Of a DNA stretch of 64,000 nucleotides, positions 11,901 through 25,883 are shown piece after piece. Position 1 is the stretch's first letter; every line of letters begins with the position of its first letter. The DNA is taken from positions 282,965,070 through 283,029,069 of the forward strand of contig NC_058134.1 of NCBI RefSeq assembly GCF_016433145.1, written 5' to 3'. The position numbers were made by a program, and so were the translations under genes. Source of the stretch: Gracilinanus agilis. Lineage: Eukaryota. The notes below the pieces were generated by a model. It ran no database searches and was not told the origin of the DNA. It worked only from the letters and a program-made list of their open reading frames with translations.

Positions 11901-13350
11901 TCTATTTACTGTGGCATGCTGCCCTGTTGTAAGCACCAAATAAGAACATTTCTAGAAAGCATTTTCTAATCATAATGTACTATTGTCAATGCAAATAGTT
12001 ACAGAGTTGGGAAGTAGACTTGTGATTTTATACATACCGGGAATTCCCAGGGCAGGAAACTATCTCTACTGATGCAGGTCAGCACCCACTTCTAGTCATA
12101 AACAGTTGCCTAGAACATCGAGAAATTGAACATCTTCTTGTCCAGGATCTCATAGTGAGGCAATACGTACTGGATGCTAGACTTGAATCCAGCTATTGTT
12201 GTCTATACCATGCTACTTCTCAAAACAATCTTTTACACAATATTTTGACTTTTGCCTCATCCTAGAATTTAGGGACAAGAATTGAATTTGGAATATTTAT
12301 CCCAGTTTATTTGAGTTGTCTCCTTTTCCTCCTTTAAAAAATTTTAGTCATATCTTAACCCAACTGAAGGAAAGGTTTGTGGTGAAGAAAATACTATCAA
12401 AATGTCACTATTCTCTTCCAGTCATGCTAGTATTACCCTTCAATAGTATAACAGATATTAAATGATCTCAAAGCACTGAATCTCATAAAGATACAACTCC
12501 ACAGGCAAACATTAAGGAAGGATCAATGATAGGGTAGCAGATGGAAGCATCAAGACTTTTTTTCCCTTTATTTACTTAAGGGCTATTACTTCAGAGAGCT
12601 ATGCTCTATGCTGAAAAGTGGATCTGATTCTCATTTTTCCATTACTTTGATGGATCTCCAAGGAAGTAAATCCTCAGGAAAACAGTGAAGAAATACTGCC
12701 ACCTTCTGGGCACAAAAAGATATTGCCCCTTCAGAATACTGTTTCTCAAAATGATTTGATCACTTTAGGGTTTGAAATATGTTGCTGAAAACCTACAAAA
12801 TGCTACAAAACCTACAAATGCTGGTCCTGAGGACAGGAAAGTGAAATTAGGATGTAGTTAACAGTCGCAGGGGAGGTGTGATTGTGCGGGATAGTGGTAA
12901 AATTTGAGAAGCAATTAGTGTTTCTTCCATACCAAAAAAAAAAAAAAATTCTGCCATATAAGTTCAAAATTAAAATGGCCTGCCTCAAGAGGAAGGTTCT
13001 ATTATCAATGAAAATATTTAGAGACTATACAAAAACTTGTCAAGATGCTGAAGAGAAGACTAAAAAGACAGATAGATAGAATTAGATGACCTTGGAAGCC
13101 CCTTTCAGCTCTAAAAGTCTATGATTCTATAAGTATTTTGACATAAATTTAATCCATTTAATATTTTTAAGGAGGAAGACAATATTATAAATATCTAAAT
13201 TCTCAAAGAATCCTCCTAATTTTGGGACATACAATGGACTTTTGGAAATCTTAATTACTTCTCTTCTCAAGACTCAGATAAGATTGAGGCCATTTGCTCC
13301 AACTCTTTTTCTTCCTCTTCTTAATCTTTTTAATTTTTAATTTTTTTACA

Positions 13351-13548
13351 TTTTTAAGCCCTTACCTTCCATCTTAGAATCAATACTGTGTATTAGGTCC
13401 AAGGCAGAAGAGTGGTAAGGGTAGGCAATGGGGGTTGAGTGACTTGCTCAGAATCACAGAGCTAGGAAAAGTCTGAGGTCCCATTTGAACCCAGGACCTC
13501 CCATCTTTAGGCCTGGCTCTCAATCTTATTGAGCCACCCAGCTGCCCC
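13351..13548 (-). mobile_element. Marsupial SINE (older tail type)
   Basis: Reverse complement of the ggggcagctgggtggctca head with ...gatggaaggtaagggctt tail. Confidence 0.9.
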
Positions 13549-13599
13549 ACCCTCTTCTTAAAATCCTTCCTTGCCCTCTAGTGTGAAAAGACTCAGGGT

Positions 13600-14230
13600 C
13601 CCTCTTTTGTGAGGATAATCCTTCTATCACACCACTGATCCCACTCCTTTCCTTTGGCACCTTGCTTTATTAGCCTCTCCCTCTCAAAATCTCTTTATCC
13701 TAATCAAATGCTCTGGTTGCCTCATGTCCACTCCTCCCCTAAAAATAAACCCCAAGAAACAAAAACTTTTTCCTTTACCCTACCAGTCTCTTTTAACTAC
13801 TCAGTCCCTTGGTACATTCCTATCACACCTCGGAAAGGCAACTCTTTCCAAGATTAATGGCTTCATCATTAGATCAAATGTCTTCTTTGCTATTTTCATC
13901 CTCTTTGAACTCTCTTTGGTGTTGACTATCCCATACTTTGGGACACCCTACTCTCTTTTAGCCTCCATGACAATATATTCTTATGATGATTCTTGTATCC
14001 CTTACTGGTTCAGTTTAATCCAATGAATATCAGCTTTGTATCCCTTAAAAGTAGCTTACAGGTCTGTTGTTGGTTCTTTTATTGTTCTCCAGTTTCTCTT
14101 GGTGATCTCATCCTCTCACATAATTAGAATTATCACCTCTATGTAAATGAATCCCAAATCTATATATCCCCCTACCAATTTCTACCTGAAGTTCCAGTCC
14201 TATTTTTCTGATGCCTGATGACTATTTCCA
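13600..14230 (+). mobile_element. Ancient L2 RT fragment
   Basis: Degenerate L2 RT including YHLYVNESQIY (from YHLYADDSQIY). Confidence 0.65.
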
Positions 14231-14254
14231 CACAGAGGGAGGCATTTTTAAACT

Positions 14255-14990
14255 CGATAGGCAGCACAGTATAATGAAAAAAGCAAGGGATTAGGAGGAA
14301 GAGGGCCAGCTCTGTTAATTTTCTATGTGAGTAACTTGGGCAAGTCATTTAACTTTCCTTGGATCTCAGTTCTCTCATTTACAAAATGAGAGGGAGGAGC
14401 TGACCTGGGTGATTTCTAAAGTCTCTTCCAATTCTGACCCAAATTGAACTCACCTTCCGGCGCTTTTCTCTCTACATTCCCTATTACTGTGTTCCTTGAT
14501 AAATTATTTTCATTTTTAATGACACAGTCATAAGAAATGAACATTTCTGTATAAAAATTTTAAAAAAAGAAAGAAAAAGAGGGCTTGATTGTATCTAAAA
14601 ATGTGTCTCATTTTGAACTATTACCTCGTATGCTTCAGTCTTTTGGATTAGTCACTGGACTGAGCAGTTATGCTTTTTTCGAAGCTGTCATCAAAAAACC
14701 AGTTTATATGAAAGAAAAGAGGAAGTAAGCATTTATAAAGCACCTATTATGTTCCCATCACTGTGTACTAAGCACTTTATTTCATTTGATTTGAATTTGA
14801 ATCAAATTTCATTTGATTCTCACAGCACTCCTGAAAGATAAGTGCTGTTATTATCCTCATTTTACAGTTGGGAAAACTAAGGCACAGGGTAAGTGACTTG
14901 CCAGAGTAACACAGCTAGCAAACGTCCAAGGTTGGATTTAAACTCCAAAGTTCCTGACTCCAGGCTCAGCATTATCCACCGTTATCACTT
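14255..14990. mobile_element. MIR fragments (+ 14255-14430; - 14725-14990)
   Basis: MIR core motifs cttgggcaagtcatttaac / ctcagttctctcatttacaaaatg and cattttacagttgggaaaactaaggc. Confidence 0.75.
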
Positions 14991-17826
14991 AGCAACCCAA
15001 ATTTTTCCATTTATCAGAATCCTTTCCTTTTTTCCAGAGCAATGATATTCCATTATTTAATGCTGTTGTTTGTCCAACTAACCTCACGGTCATTCAGACT
15101 TGTAACAGGGGAATCATTTGGCTTCTCTTCTGCCTCTCTCACTCCATACTCACCATATTTCCCACGCTTAGAACTCCCTCATGTCCTTCAGACACCAACT
15201 CTTCCATAAAGCTTTCCCTGATACCTTCTATCCGTACACACTGACAGTGAGTTCTAACATGTTGTCTATAACCAGTGCCCATGTGCCTGCCCATCCTTAT
15301 CTTCTGATTGTTATTTACTCCAGGGTCCAGGGTGATAGTAAGCTGGTTTAGTAAAGCAGAGTTTGCCATGCCCTTCCTCTGTCACTGAATTTCAAGGAAA
15401 CATGAAAGTCATAGTAAGTAAGAAGCTCCCTAAGAGAACTGACCAGCATTGCTACTTGTTCTCCAAAGAGAGAACAGAAAAACATGTCCTTGCTCTGTTA
15501 GAGAACAGGACACCTCCTTCCTTTCAGAAGGTTCAGAGTCTAAAAAGTGAGGTAAAACACTGCAGCCAGATTGGAGCTCCCCATCCAACATGCTGACAAC
15601 AAAGACTGGGTTCAAGAGCATAGACTACTATTGTGGCTATCTCCTGCACTGCTGCATACTGGATTCTTTCCCAGAAGTGGTTGGGAGCAGCACCCAGGAA
15701 AGCTGATACTCCTCCCTGAAGTGGAGTTCAGTGCCATCTAAGACTGCAGGGGATCACTACTGGTACTAAGACAATTTCCAGATTTCAAGGAACTGTCAAC
15801 TATTGTGCCAAAGCTTTCCAGAGAAACTGGAAGGGGGTAAAGTTACATTTAATGACCTGACAAGTCAGTTCACATCTCACTCCTTATATTGACATCACCA
15901 GATTCACAGGCGTAAGTTAACCACAAAAAGTAGCATATGTCCACCATCTTGGTAGTGGCCATACTTTTGCAAGCTCCTCATCCATACACACCCTGGTCCT
16001 TTTAGAATTACTTTTATAGGATGACTGGTGGAGAAAACAATTATGTCTTGAGAGAAAACTACAAGTCGAAACTATCTTTGAAACACAGAGGACTCAAAGA
16101 GCAGCTACAATGATCATGGAAAAAGTAGAGAACTTTCTGACTGGCAAGTACCTCAACCAATACAAGATCTTTGAGAATTGTTTTTAGTTTGCTCAACTTC
16201 ACTGTCACCTACATTCCCAGGACTTCATTATCTGTGGGCAAATATGATGTCACACAAGTTTAAATTTGGGTACCTCAATAATCACTGAAAGATCTTTCTA
16301 CAACACAATCCTGACAACCACAAAACTTCAACCCTACCTATTAGAGTTAAACCTCTAGTAAAATCTATAGACTATCTTTATTCAGGGGTAACATCCACGT
16401 ATGAGAAACGGTCAGTCCTTGGTGCACCTGGTATGTCTCTGTCCCTCCTGACAAAGTTCAATGGGCAATTCTCTGCACAAGGGTCTTGTGGTACCCACAT
16501 ATACACCTAAGATTTTGATGACTTTGACTACACTATACCCCCCTCAACTAGTATGCCAAGTCATATACATACATCCACACGTATAGTCACATATATGAAA
16601 GGGTGAACCATTCTATAATTTGCTTTTAAACATATTATGAATTCAAAACACCAAAACTGTCATGCATGTCTCTATTTTCTTCTAAGCTTCCTTCTGCTCA
16701 TGCCTGTGCAGTTTTACAAAGATTTCAATGGTCCTCTTTTCTTATTTTTTCTTGGCCCTTCTGCCACCAGTTCTTTTGTAGATAGATATTTATCTGTCTG
16801 GAGAATAAATGAAAAATAATTGTGGTGGGGAAGACAACAGAGCAAAGGGCACCAATAATGAATGATGGGGGAGAAATCATACAGTAAGGCCTCCTATAAT
16901 AGGTGTCATGGCTGAAAGAAGCTAGGGAAGAATCCTAAATCCTAAAGTGAAGAAGAGGAGGATTCCAAAGGCACCCAGGTAGAAGATGCAGCATCTTACA
17001 ATTTAATTCAAGCATTTATTATTTGCTATCTCGGCAGTATTAGGTACTAGGAATAAAAAGGCAAAAATGAGTCAGTTCCTTCCCATGGGAAATTTACCTT
17101 CTACTGGGGGAAAACACCACAGACATAGATAAATAAATACAAAATAATCTGAGACATTAACAACTGGGAGAATCAGGAAAAGCCTTTTGAAGAAGGTAGT
17201 AGCTAAAATGAGTTATGAAGAGAGCTTAGAGATTCTAACAGGTGTAAGTGATGAAAGAGAGCTTTCCAGGCATAGAAGTCAGTTAGCCTGTGCAAATAAG
17301 TGAATAAAAAAGCATCAACTAAGTTTTAATTATGTGCCAGTCATTGTGTGTTAAGCAATGGGAATGCAAATTCAAAAAGAGAAAATCTCCACCTTCAAGG
17401 AACTTATATTCTAATTGGAAAAAAATAATAATAATAGGTGGAGTTGGGGTTGGAAAAGGTCTTTTAGTCTGAGAGGTCGCAAGGATACAGTTGAACAACT
17501 GCCATTCCAGAAATAATAGTAGTGTTGATTTGATTAAAGTTTCCAAAGCAAAAGGTAGAAAGTAGGGGGGAAGAAGAGCTATGTATGTGTGGCACAAAGA
17601 TGGAGAAATAACAATTAGATCATTTTGGCTAGAAGGGAGAAAAATGTGGAATTAGCCTCCAATGGCAGGTCAGTTCCATGTGCTGGAACATCCTGTGGAG
17701 GAATCTGTATTTTCTCTTAGAAATGATACAAAGCTATTATTAAAGTGTCTTAAGTAAAAAAGTAACATGAGAACATCTGTGCTTTGAGAATATCAGTTTG
17801 GCAGTTGTGTGAATGATAGACTAGAA

Positions 17827-18156
17827 CAGTAATGACAAACCCATGACACACGGGTCAGCACTGACACGTAGCCATTTTTAATAACACGTGGCGAGAAGTA
17901 TGGGACTGCACGCTGAGGATGAAATATTTGCTGTAGTGTAGTGTAGACACTCTGTGCACTATAGATGACAATTCTACCTATATTAATTTACCCATTTTGG
18001 TTTATTAAATAGTTATACAGTTATACATTTTTGTTAAACTATAAATATTGTGAAATTATGGTGTTTTTTTTTTCTCGAAGTGACACACCACCCAAGTTAT
18101 GCTCGGTTTTTTGGCGAATTTTGACACCCCAAAGCTCAAAAGGTTGCCCATCACTG
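17827..18156. mobile_element. Non-autonomous hAT DNA transposon (MITE), 330 bp
   Basis: TIRs cagtaatgacaaacc / ggttgcccatcactg; perfect 8-bp TSD gactagaa (17819-17826 / 18157-18164). Confidence 0.9.
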
Positions 18157-18420
18157 GACTAGAAAGTGAAGAGACTGGGGGGGGGGGGCGGGGAAGCAGA
18201 TCAGTTGGGAGATAGCTGTAATAGTCTAGGTTAGAGGTGATGAGGACCTGATCTAGAATGGTTGTAATCTGAGTGGAAAAAAAGGGGGATGATGCCAAGG
18301 TAGGTTTTAAGGGAAAGAGAATGAATTCTGTTTTGGACATGTTGAGTTTGACATTGGAATATCTGGGTGGTGATGTCTAGAATTCAGTCAAACTACATCT
18401 TGGAAAAAAGATGAGAAATG

Positions 18421-18606
18421 GGGTCAGGTAGGTGGTTCAGTGAATAGAACACCAGGTCTGAAGACAGGAGGTCCTGGGTCCAAATCTGGCCTTAGTCACT
18501 TCCTAGCTATTTCACCTTGGGGAAGTAACTTAACCCCACGGCTCTTCTGCCTTAGAACCAATACACAGTGTTGATTCTAAGAGGGAAAGTATGAGTTTTG
18601 TTTAAA
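18421..18606 (+). mobile_element. Marsupial SINE inserted in an antisense L2 remnant (~18170-18830)
   Basis: SINE head and older-type tail; flanks have L2-like purine-rich text. Confidence 0.75.
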
Positions 18607-18929
18607 AACTAAAAACAAAAACAAAAAACATGAGGGCTATGAGTTATATATTTTTATAGTGATACAAATGGGGTGAGATTGCTGAGATGGTGAAGAGAAA
18701 GAGAGGAGGATCCAGGATCACACAAAGAATACAGGACATACATAAAGATCTTGCAAAAGAGACTAAAAAGGATCGGTCAGATAAGAAGGGAAACCATGAA
18801 GGAGTAGGTTCCCAGAGACAAAAGGAGATAAAACCAAGGATACAAACAGGTAGGATAATGCTAGCAAGAAGAACCACTTCTTCCTCTGGAGAAGAAGAGG
18901 AAATAAAAAAGCAGGGTACAGCAGTTTGG

Positions 18930-19315
18930 GGGTTTTGTTTTTAATTTTTTCAATTAACAAAAATTTCTCTCTCTCACACACACACACATACACTCACTCT
19001 CTCTTTTTTCCTCCTCCTCCTCCTCCCACTCTGTACTGAAAAAAAAAACAACAAAAAACAAATACTATGTAATAAATATGCATGGTCAAGTAGAACAAAA
19101 GTCCTTCATCTCTCTGCCACAAGGCAGGGAATACCCTTCATCCTGAGCCGTATGGAATCATGGTTGGTCACTCATTGTATTGATCAGAATTCCTCAGTCT
19201 TTCAAAGTTGTTTATTAATGTTGCATAGACTGTTCTGATTCTGTTCACTTTATTCTGTATCATAATAGAAGTCTTCTAAGGTTTTTCTGAAACCATTCTT
19301 TTATTTCTTACAGCT
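18930..19315 (-). mobile_element. Old L1 3' end fragment
   Basis: T-rich start, then antisense L1 3'UTR/ORF2-end motifs (ctgattctgttcactttattctgtatca, atttcttacagc). Confidence 0.6.
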
Positions 19316-19319
19316 CAAG

Positions 19320-21200
19320 AGGGATATGCAGAGTGTTCAGGGAAGATCAGTACTTCTGGTGTGATGACTTGCTGAGATTTTTTCAGGGCTGCTTTCCTCC
19401 CTTGATGTCCACTTGCCACCTAGCTCTCACCTGTGGCTCCAAGAAACTGTAGCACACACAATGGCCACATCCTGGTAAAAATCATCTCAGTGGGCAGGCT
19501 AAACCATGTTGAGGGTAGCCAACAGGCCTCAAACCTATTGGTGAGTTAGGGGAGTTGCCTACCCCAAGCATGTGAAGACTTCCCCTGGCAGAATGGGCAG
19601 ATGAACACAATCTGTTCCAATGGTCATGAAGTATGAGCTATGGGACCATTTACAGTTTGGGTAGACATTGAAAAAACCAAGGTCAAGCACCGCATCCCAA
19701 GGGATCACCAGATGGCTTAACTTTTGTCTTGCCATTGGATTTAGATGACTCTGGGAAAATGAGGCTGAAGACTTTGCTGCAACTCTGCCTCACTTAAATC
19801 CAATAAATGTGCAGGTCAAAAGACATCACATTGTATTTTACTATCCTATCTCATTATTTTATTCTTTTACTCCTACCTCAAAAGGGCAAGTGACAGGTGT
19901 GGATATACTGAGAGCTGCAGTCATAACCCTAAGCACAAGTGGCCAGTGCACAGTCATCTTCTCACTGGAATCAGCAGTGAGACGTGGTAGCCACCTGGGT
20001 ATCTGAGCAGTCTTTTTAAAGGACCACATTGCTCACCCCTTGATTCAAGGAAGGGGCTAGGAAAGATGACCTAGAATTGTCTGCTTGAAACTGCTTCACC
20101 TAACCCTGATCTGCTTCTGCTTACTCTGCAGGTGGAGATCCCACCATGAGGACAAAATACCAAAAAAAAAAAAAAAAAAAAAAAAAATGTACAAGAGCTT
20201 CTGCAAAGATGATTCCACTCACCATTGATATGTGGAATATCCACACACTTGTGGACAAGAAATCCAGTAGATCTGAAAGATAAACATAGCTCTTCATGAG
20301 AGAACTCAGAAGAAATTGCATCCAAATAGCAGCCTTGGGTGAAACAAGAGAGGCAAATGAAGTCCAGCTCACTAAAGTCAGAGCTCAATAAATGTTTTTC
20401 TGGAGTGGTTATTGTGATAAGGAGTGCTGTGTAGCTGCCTAGGTTTTGAAATAAAATCTGATCTAGTCAATAAGCTTATATGGCTCCAAAAAGGAATGAA
20501 TGAAAGCTGATGATAAAACAATTGCCACTTGTAGGAAAGTACCAGTCACCACTATCAGTGTGTATGCTCCTACCATGATGAACCTTGAGGTCAAAAAAAT
20601 TTTATAAAGACCTGGAGACTCTGATCAGCAATGTACCAAAAGAGAGCAAGCTTGTAATTCTGGGTGACTTTAACACCAGAGTAGGCATAAACATGACAGG
20701 GAGTCCTTGGAAGGAATGAAGTTGGAAACAGTAACAGTCAACAGCAACAACTTACTACTGAAGACTTTGTGTATCTCGTGACCTCATCACCAACACTGTT
20801 TTCCATTTACTTAGATACAATAAAACTTCATGGATGCACCCTTGAAGCAAACAATCCCATTTAATAGAATATATAACTGTAAGGAGAAGAAACTGGATTT
20901 AAGAGTGACTAAGGTGATGTGTAGTACAGAGTGCTGGACTGATCTCAGACTTATCCTCTCCAAACTAAACATTCTAATTCAACAAAAGCTGAGGCCACAA
21001 GGCAAGAAGACTTAATGTCCACAGATCAGATGACTTCTTAGTGCTGGGACAGTCTGTTGCTGATTTGGAGGGAAAGCTGAGCAACAGTAGAGCAGAAAAA
21101 GAGTTGGCAGCTTTTGGAGATCTGACATATGGAACTATATTTACTGATTGGGGCTAGAATTCTAGCAAACATCAGGACTGGTTTAATGAAAAAGATGGGA
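19320..21200 (+). mobile_element. RTE-clade LINE fragment (5' region + APE endonuclease)
   Basis: ISVYAPTM...LVILGDFNTRVG at ~20550-20690 and RVTKVMCSTECWTDLRLILSKL at ~20900-20970 are APE motifs typical of RTE; the leading sequence resembles marsupial RTE 5' regions from memory. Confidence 0.8.
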
Positions 21201-22688
21201 AAAGTCAGAAGCTTGATCTCTTGTTCCTAATGAAATCTTCCAATATATTATCTATATGCTTTCATTTATTCCTTCAATGTATGAGGGATATATATAAGTG
21301 TATATATATATATATGTATATATTTAAATATATAATTTTGTTTAATTTCCCAATGTTACATCTTATCTCTTTAACTAGATAATAAGTTTCTTGAGGGCAG
21401 AAAATGTTAGAATAGTAGTAGCAGCTTTACAGCATTTGTATTCTCAATACTTAATTTAGTGCTCTATAATTATACATAGGAAAATTCCTAAGGCATAAAG
21501 GCATACCAACATACTTATATGCCTGTATCATTTTCTATCAATGTAAGAATGGAGAAAAAAAGAAACCATAAAAAAATGGAAAATTGGAAAAAATATGGAG
21601 ATTCGCCCTTATCTTTAAAGGAAAATAAGAAAAACGTTCAATAGGTATAAAATAAGGCAGAACAAAGGTGAACTGCTTCTGCTGCTATGAGATATTCATG
21701 TGAATCCAGTCTTCTCTGATGAGTCCTGAATTATGTGTCAGTTTAGAGGGCACATCCACTTTCTCTGCTGAAGTTTTCTTCTTTGTTAGAAAGACAAGGC
21801 ACTCTGAGTTGTTCTACTCAATCCTACCTGATACAGGTCCTTTTTTAAATTGTAGTTTTCTCCCCGATGATGAAAAATGGTTTCTGAAAACCCTTTATGT
21901 CTTTGTGTTTGTGACACTGCTTAGTTTTCTAACTCATCTCTTTATTTCAGTGGATTTTTATCCCAGATATGGTCCCAGACTCTGGGCATGTTCTGCTGCT
22001 GTACTTCTTTGGGGAAGCTATTCTGGATTTAACATCACATATAAATCATGGTAATATTTTGTGTGAATTGACTACTTCTGTGTTTCTGTCTCAACAGGAT
22101 TGATTAGAATTTCCTCCATATTGAATGCTATGCCTAAGAAACATAGAAACAAGAAATTTGAACAAGAAATAAGCAAGAAATTTAGCAGTAAAGGGCAATA
22201 AAGGATTTTCAGGAAGTTGAATTTGACAAATTTAAGTAAGTTTATTTAGTAGGAAATAGGAAGAAGATAAGTTGTTTATAGGAAAGTGCTTTACTATGAT
22301 TTAGAGTAGTGTCTCTGGAATTTAAATAGTGAAATAGAAGTTGTCTCCTTGAACATTTTAATGAGGGACTGTGTGATGTTGATGGTGAGTTAGCCTCAAA
22401 ACCAAGAAAACCCATTTTCAAGTCCTGCATCAAATACAAACTGACCCTATGACTTTGGCTAAGTCATTCATCCTCTTCATGGCTCTAGGAAATTCCCTAC
22501 AATTCTATAGTTGCAGAGAAGAGTATGACTTGATTTAGGTGAGGGAGTTTCTCCACTGGGAATTCCCCATGTCAGTGAAATCTCAGATCTATTTCTTCTT
22601 CCCAATCCATAAAATTTCAAAATGGTATATTATCTAGTAACCAATGAGATCATTTGGGGCATTTTTTTCTACAACCTCAGTCTCTTGT

Positions 22689-22726
<38 letters not shown>

Positions 22727-23584
22727 GCCTTAAAGAGATATGTCTTCTGAAATGTTTCAGACACTCTAAGAAAACAGAAAATATACTTGAAAAGTGATTT
22801 TTAGTGGCTCAGGTAGGCATCTTCTATGATGGACAGGCTCAGCTTTATGTATGTTCCAAGTAGCATTACAGTTTCTCTTTGACATGATTTGATAAACTTT
22901 ATAAATTTTTCCTTCCACTGTGGCCAGCATATCTAGATAATCAATCATGTAGTAATAAACACAGAGCACTGCTATCTGGCCAGTGAGGACACTGGCTGAG
23001 AATGAGAGTGATTGGCCCTTGGGCAAATGAGCTTGGTGTATTTTTCTTGGGTGGGAGAGATCCAACTCAGTAAAGAAGAAGGAGTTGGCATTTCCAGGCC
23101 GTGAGGGATCTGGTGGCCTTTTCAACAGGTTAAGGGGAATCATGGAGACTCTATGCATTCATGAACTCTTGATAAATAGAAACACGTAGAAGTACCAGTC
23201 TGCAACTGAGCTATTTTCTTAAAATAAGTTTTAATTGCTATCTTTTGTTTTTACATCATCTGTATTTCCCAATGTATTGCTCCTCCACCTCTTTTAGAAA
23301 GAACTTTCTTTTAAAAATGATAAGGCAAAACTCACCAAAACATCAAAATAGTTTGGTAATATGTGTAATTTTAAAATTCACACTTCTAATACCATGCCTT
23401 TGTGTAGTCATTTTTGAATTTGTATATGCTCTTTTCCTAGAATTGTCTCTCTTGTGGGTTAGAATGTGCAGAGGCATAGGGTAGGAGTGAAAGAGGGCCT
23501 GAATTCTAGAATTAGCCATCCAGCTATGGTAGCCATACCACCACAAGAAAAGGAAAAATAACGTCACATTAAGTGTAATATAGC

Positions 23585-23765
23585 TTTTTTTTTTTTTTAA
23601 CCTTTACCTTCCATCTTAGAATCAATACTGTGTATTAGTTTCAAGGAAGAAGATAGGGTTAAGTGACTTGCCCAGGGTCATACAGCTAGAAAGTGTCTGA
23701 GGCCAGATTTTAATCAAAGATTTCCTGTCTCTGACTCTCATTCCACTAAGCCACCTACCTGTCCC
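23585..23765 (-). mobile_element. Marsupial SINE
   Basis: T tail plus antisense SINE body. Confidence 0.85.
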
Positions 23766-25039
23766 TGAGTATAATATATCTCTGGGCTAAGAAAACAGGC
23801 CCAGGGATCAGAAATAATTTAATCAGAATTTATATATCAGTGAAGATCTATAGAGTGGTCAAATGAAAATGCTGGGTCCAAAAAGTTAAATTAATTCATT
23901 TTATGAAAAACCTGATGACTAGAGAATCTATCTGAAATTAGATCATTCCTAATAAGAGAATGAATCTGAACTTAGCAGAGTATACAGAAGTTCTTTAGAC
24001 CCTTCTTTTTCGCTTACTTTCTAGACTTTTCTCTTGTTATAAGAGACGGGCCCCTATGAATTTCTGAAGTATCTCACACTGCAATACCTCTTTTGGGCTT
24101 TATCCCACAGTGACCCATGCCCATCAAATACTTTTCTCTTCTTTTCTCTCTCTCCTACTCCCCAAACATTGATTTTCACAGTCAAGTTGTATTCACCTTG
24201 ATGTTATAACATGTGTGTTTTATATCTGTATACATACATGTAAAATACATATAGCTCACAACATTTCAAATGCTATATGTGTGAAAATATATGAATACAA
24301 AATATTGTCATACACATACACATAAACTACAGATCTTATAAGATCACTTTGTAGATATAAAATACTCTATATATACATACACACATATATACAACTCATC
24401 ATATTTACATATCTATCAGCTTTTCTGTATGCTAGGAGCAAACCCAACAGGAAAAGACAGAGAAATTTCATTCAAAATAACTACAGAATGTATGAAATAT
24501 TTGGCAATATACAATGGGAACTACATAAAAACAATTACAAAACAATTTATAGAAATAAATAATTGGAGAAATAATCATTTCTCCTGGTTAGGCCATCCCA
24601 AGATGATAAAAATGACACCACTATATACATTTATCTCCTTATTCAGTGCCATTCCAAACAGTCAAAAGTTTACTTTACAGAATTAGAAAAATAATAAAGA
24701 ATTCATCCAGAAGAACAAAAGGTCAAGGATCTCAAGAGAAATAAGTGAGGGGAGGGAAGTGAGAAGAAAACAGCCTTCTGTATCTGTATCAGATTTGAGA
24801 TCTCTATCAGATCTCAAACCACAAAGCAGTAAATTATCAAAACTATTTGATACTGCTTAAATCCAGTCAAAATAGTCATCAACCAACTCAAGAGTCCTGA
24901 CTATATGGATTCACTATATATCAAAAACTACTAGGAAAAATAGAAAGTAGTCTAATAGAAATTAGTTTTAGACCAACACTTCACCTCACATACCAAAATA
25001 AGCTCCAAGTGGAAATGTGATTTCATAAAAAAGTCACAT

Positions 25040-25210
25040 GGGGGCAGCTGAGTAACTCGGTGGATTAAGAGCCAGGCTAGATTCAAATCTGACCCCAGAC
25101 ACTTCTTAGCTGTGTGACCCCTGAGACCCCCATTGCCTAGCCCTTACCACTCTTCTGCCTTGGAACCAATACACAATATTGATTCCAAGATGGAAGGTAA
25201 GGGTTAAAAA
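25040..25210 (+). mobile_element. SINE with TSD
   Basis: TSD aaaaaagtcacat (25027-25039 / 25211-25223). Confidence 0.92.
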
Positions 25211-25883
25211 AAAAAAGTCACATCATACAATAAATTAGAAGATATAGGAAATATCTTTTATACCTACATATTAGGAAGGACTTCAGGATCAAACAAGGTA
25301 TAGAGATCACAAAAAAAACCAAAACCCAAAACAACTAATTTTGATTACATAAAATTGAAAGTTTTTTTTAATAATCAATTCAGTTAAAATTATAAAGTTA
25401 ATTGGGGTGGGGGGAGGGCAAAGCTGGGTGGTTCAGTGAATTGAAAACCAAGCCTAGAGAAGGAAGGTCCTGGCCTCAGATACTTCCTAGCTTTGTGACC
25501 CTGTGCAAGTTGCTTAATTGCCTAGCCCTTACTGCCTCAGAACTAATACTTAATATTGATTCCAAGATGGACTGATTTTGCTTGTCAATGCATATGTTAC
25601 AACAGATTTGTTATACCTTTTTCTATCTTTGGAGAGTATTTGGGAGAAGGAAGATATGGTATTGTGCCCCCCAAAAGAAAAGAATATTTGAAGCATTTTT
25701 TAAATACATAGAAACAAACAGAAGAAGTTGAGAAGTAAAAATAGATTTAAGGACAAGCTTAAAAGTTATATATTGAATTGATTATATATGTGAGTAATGA
25801 TCGAATAAGATTGACCAATGAGAGCCCAGACCTTAGGAACAAGTGCTATGTGTTCTTTTGAAGAAATCCTCAAGTTGACTTTT

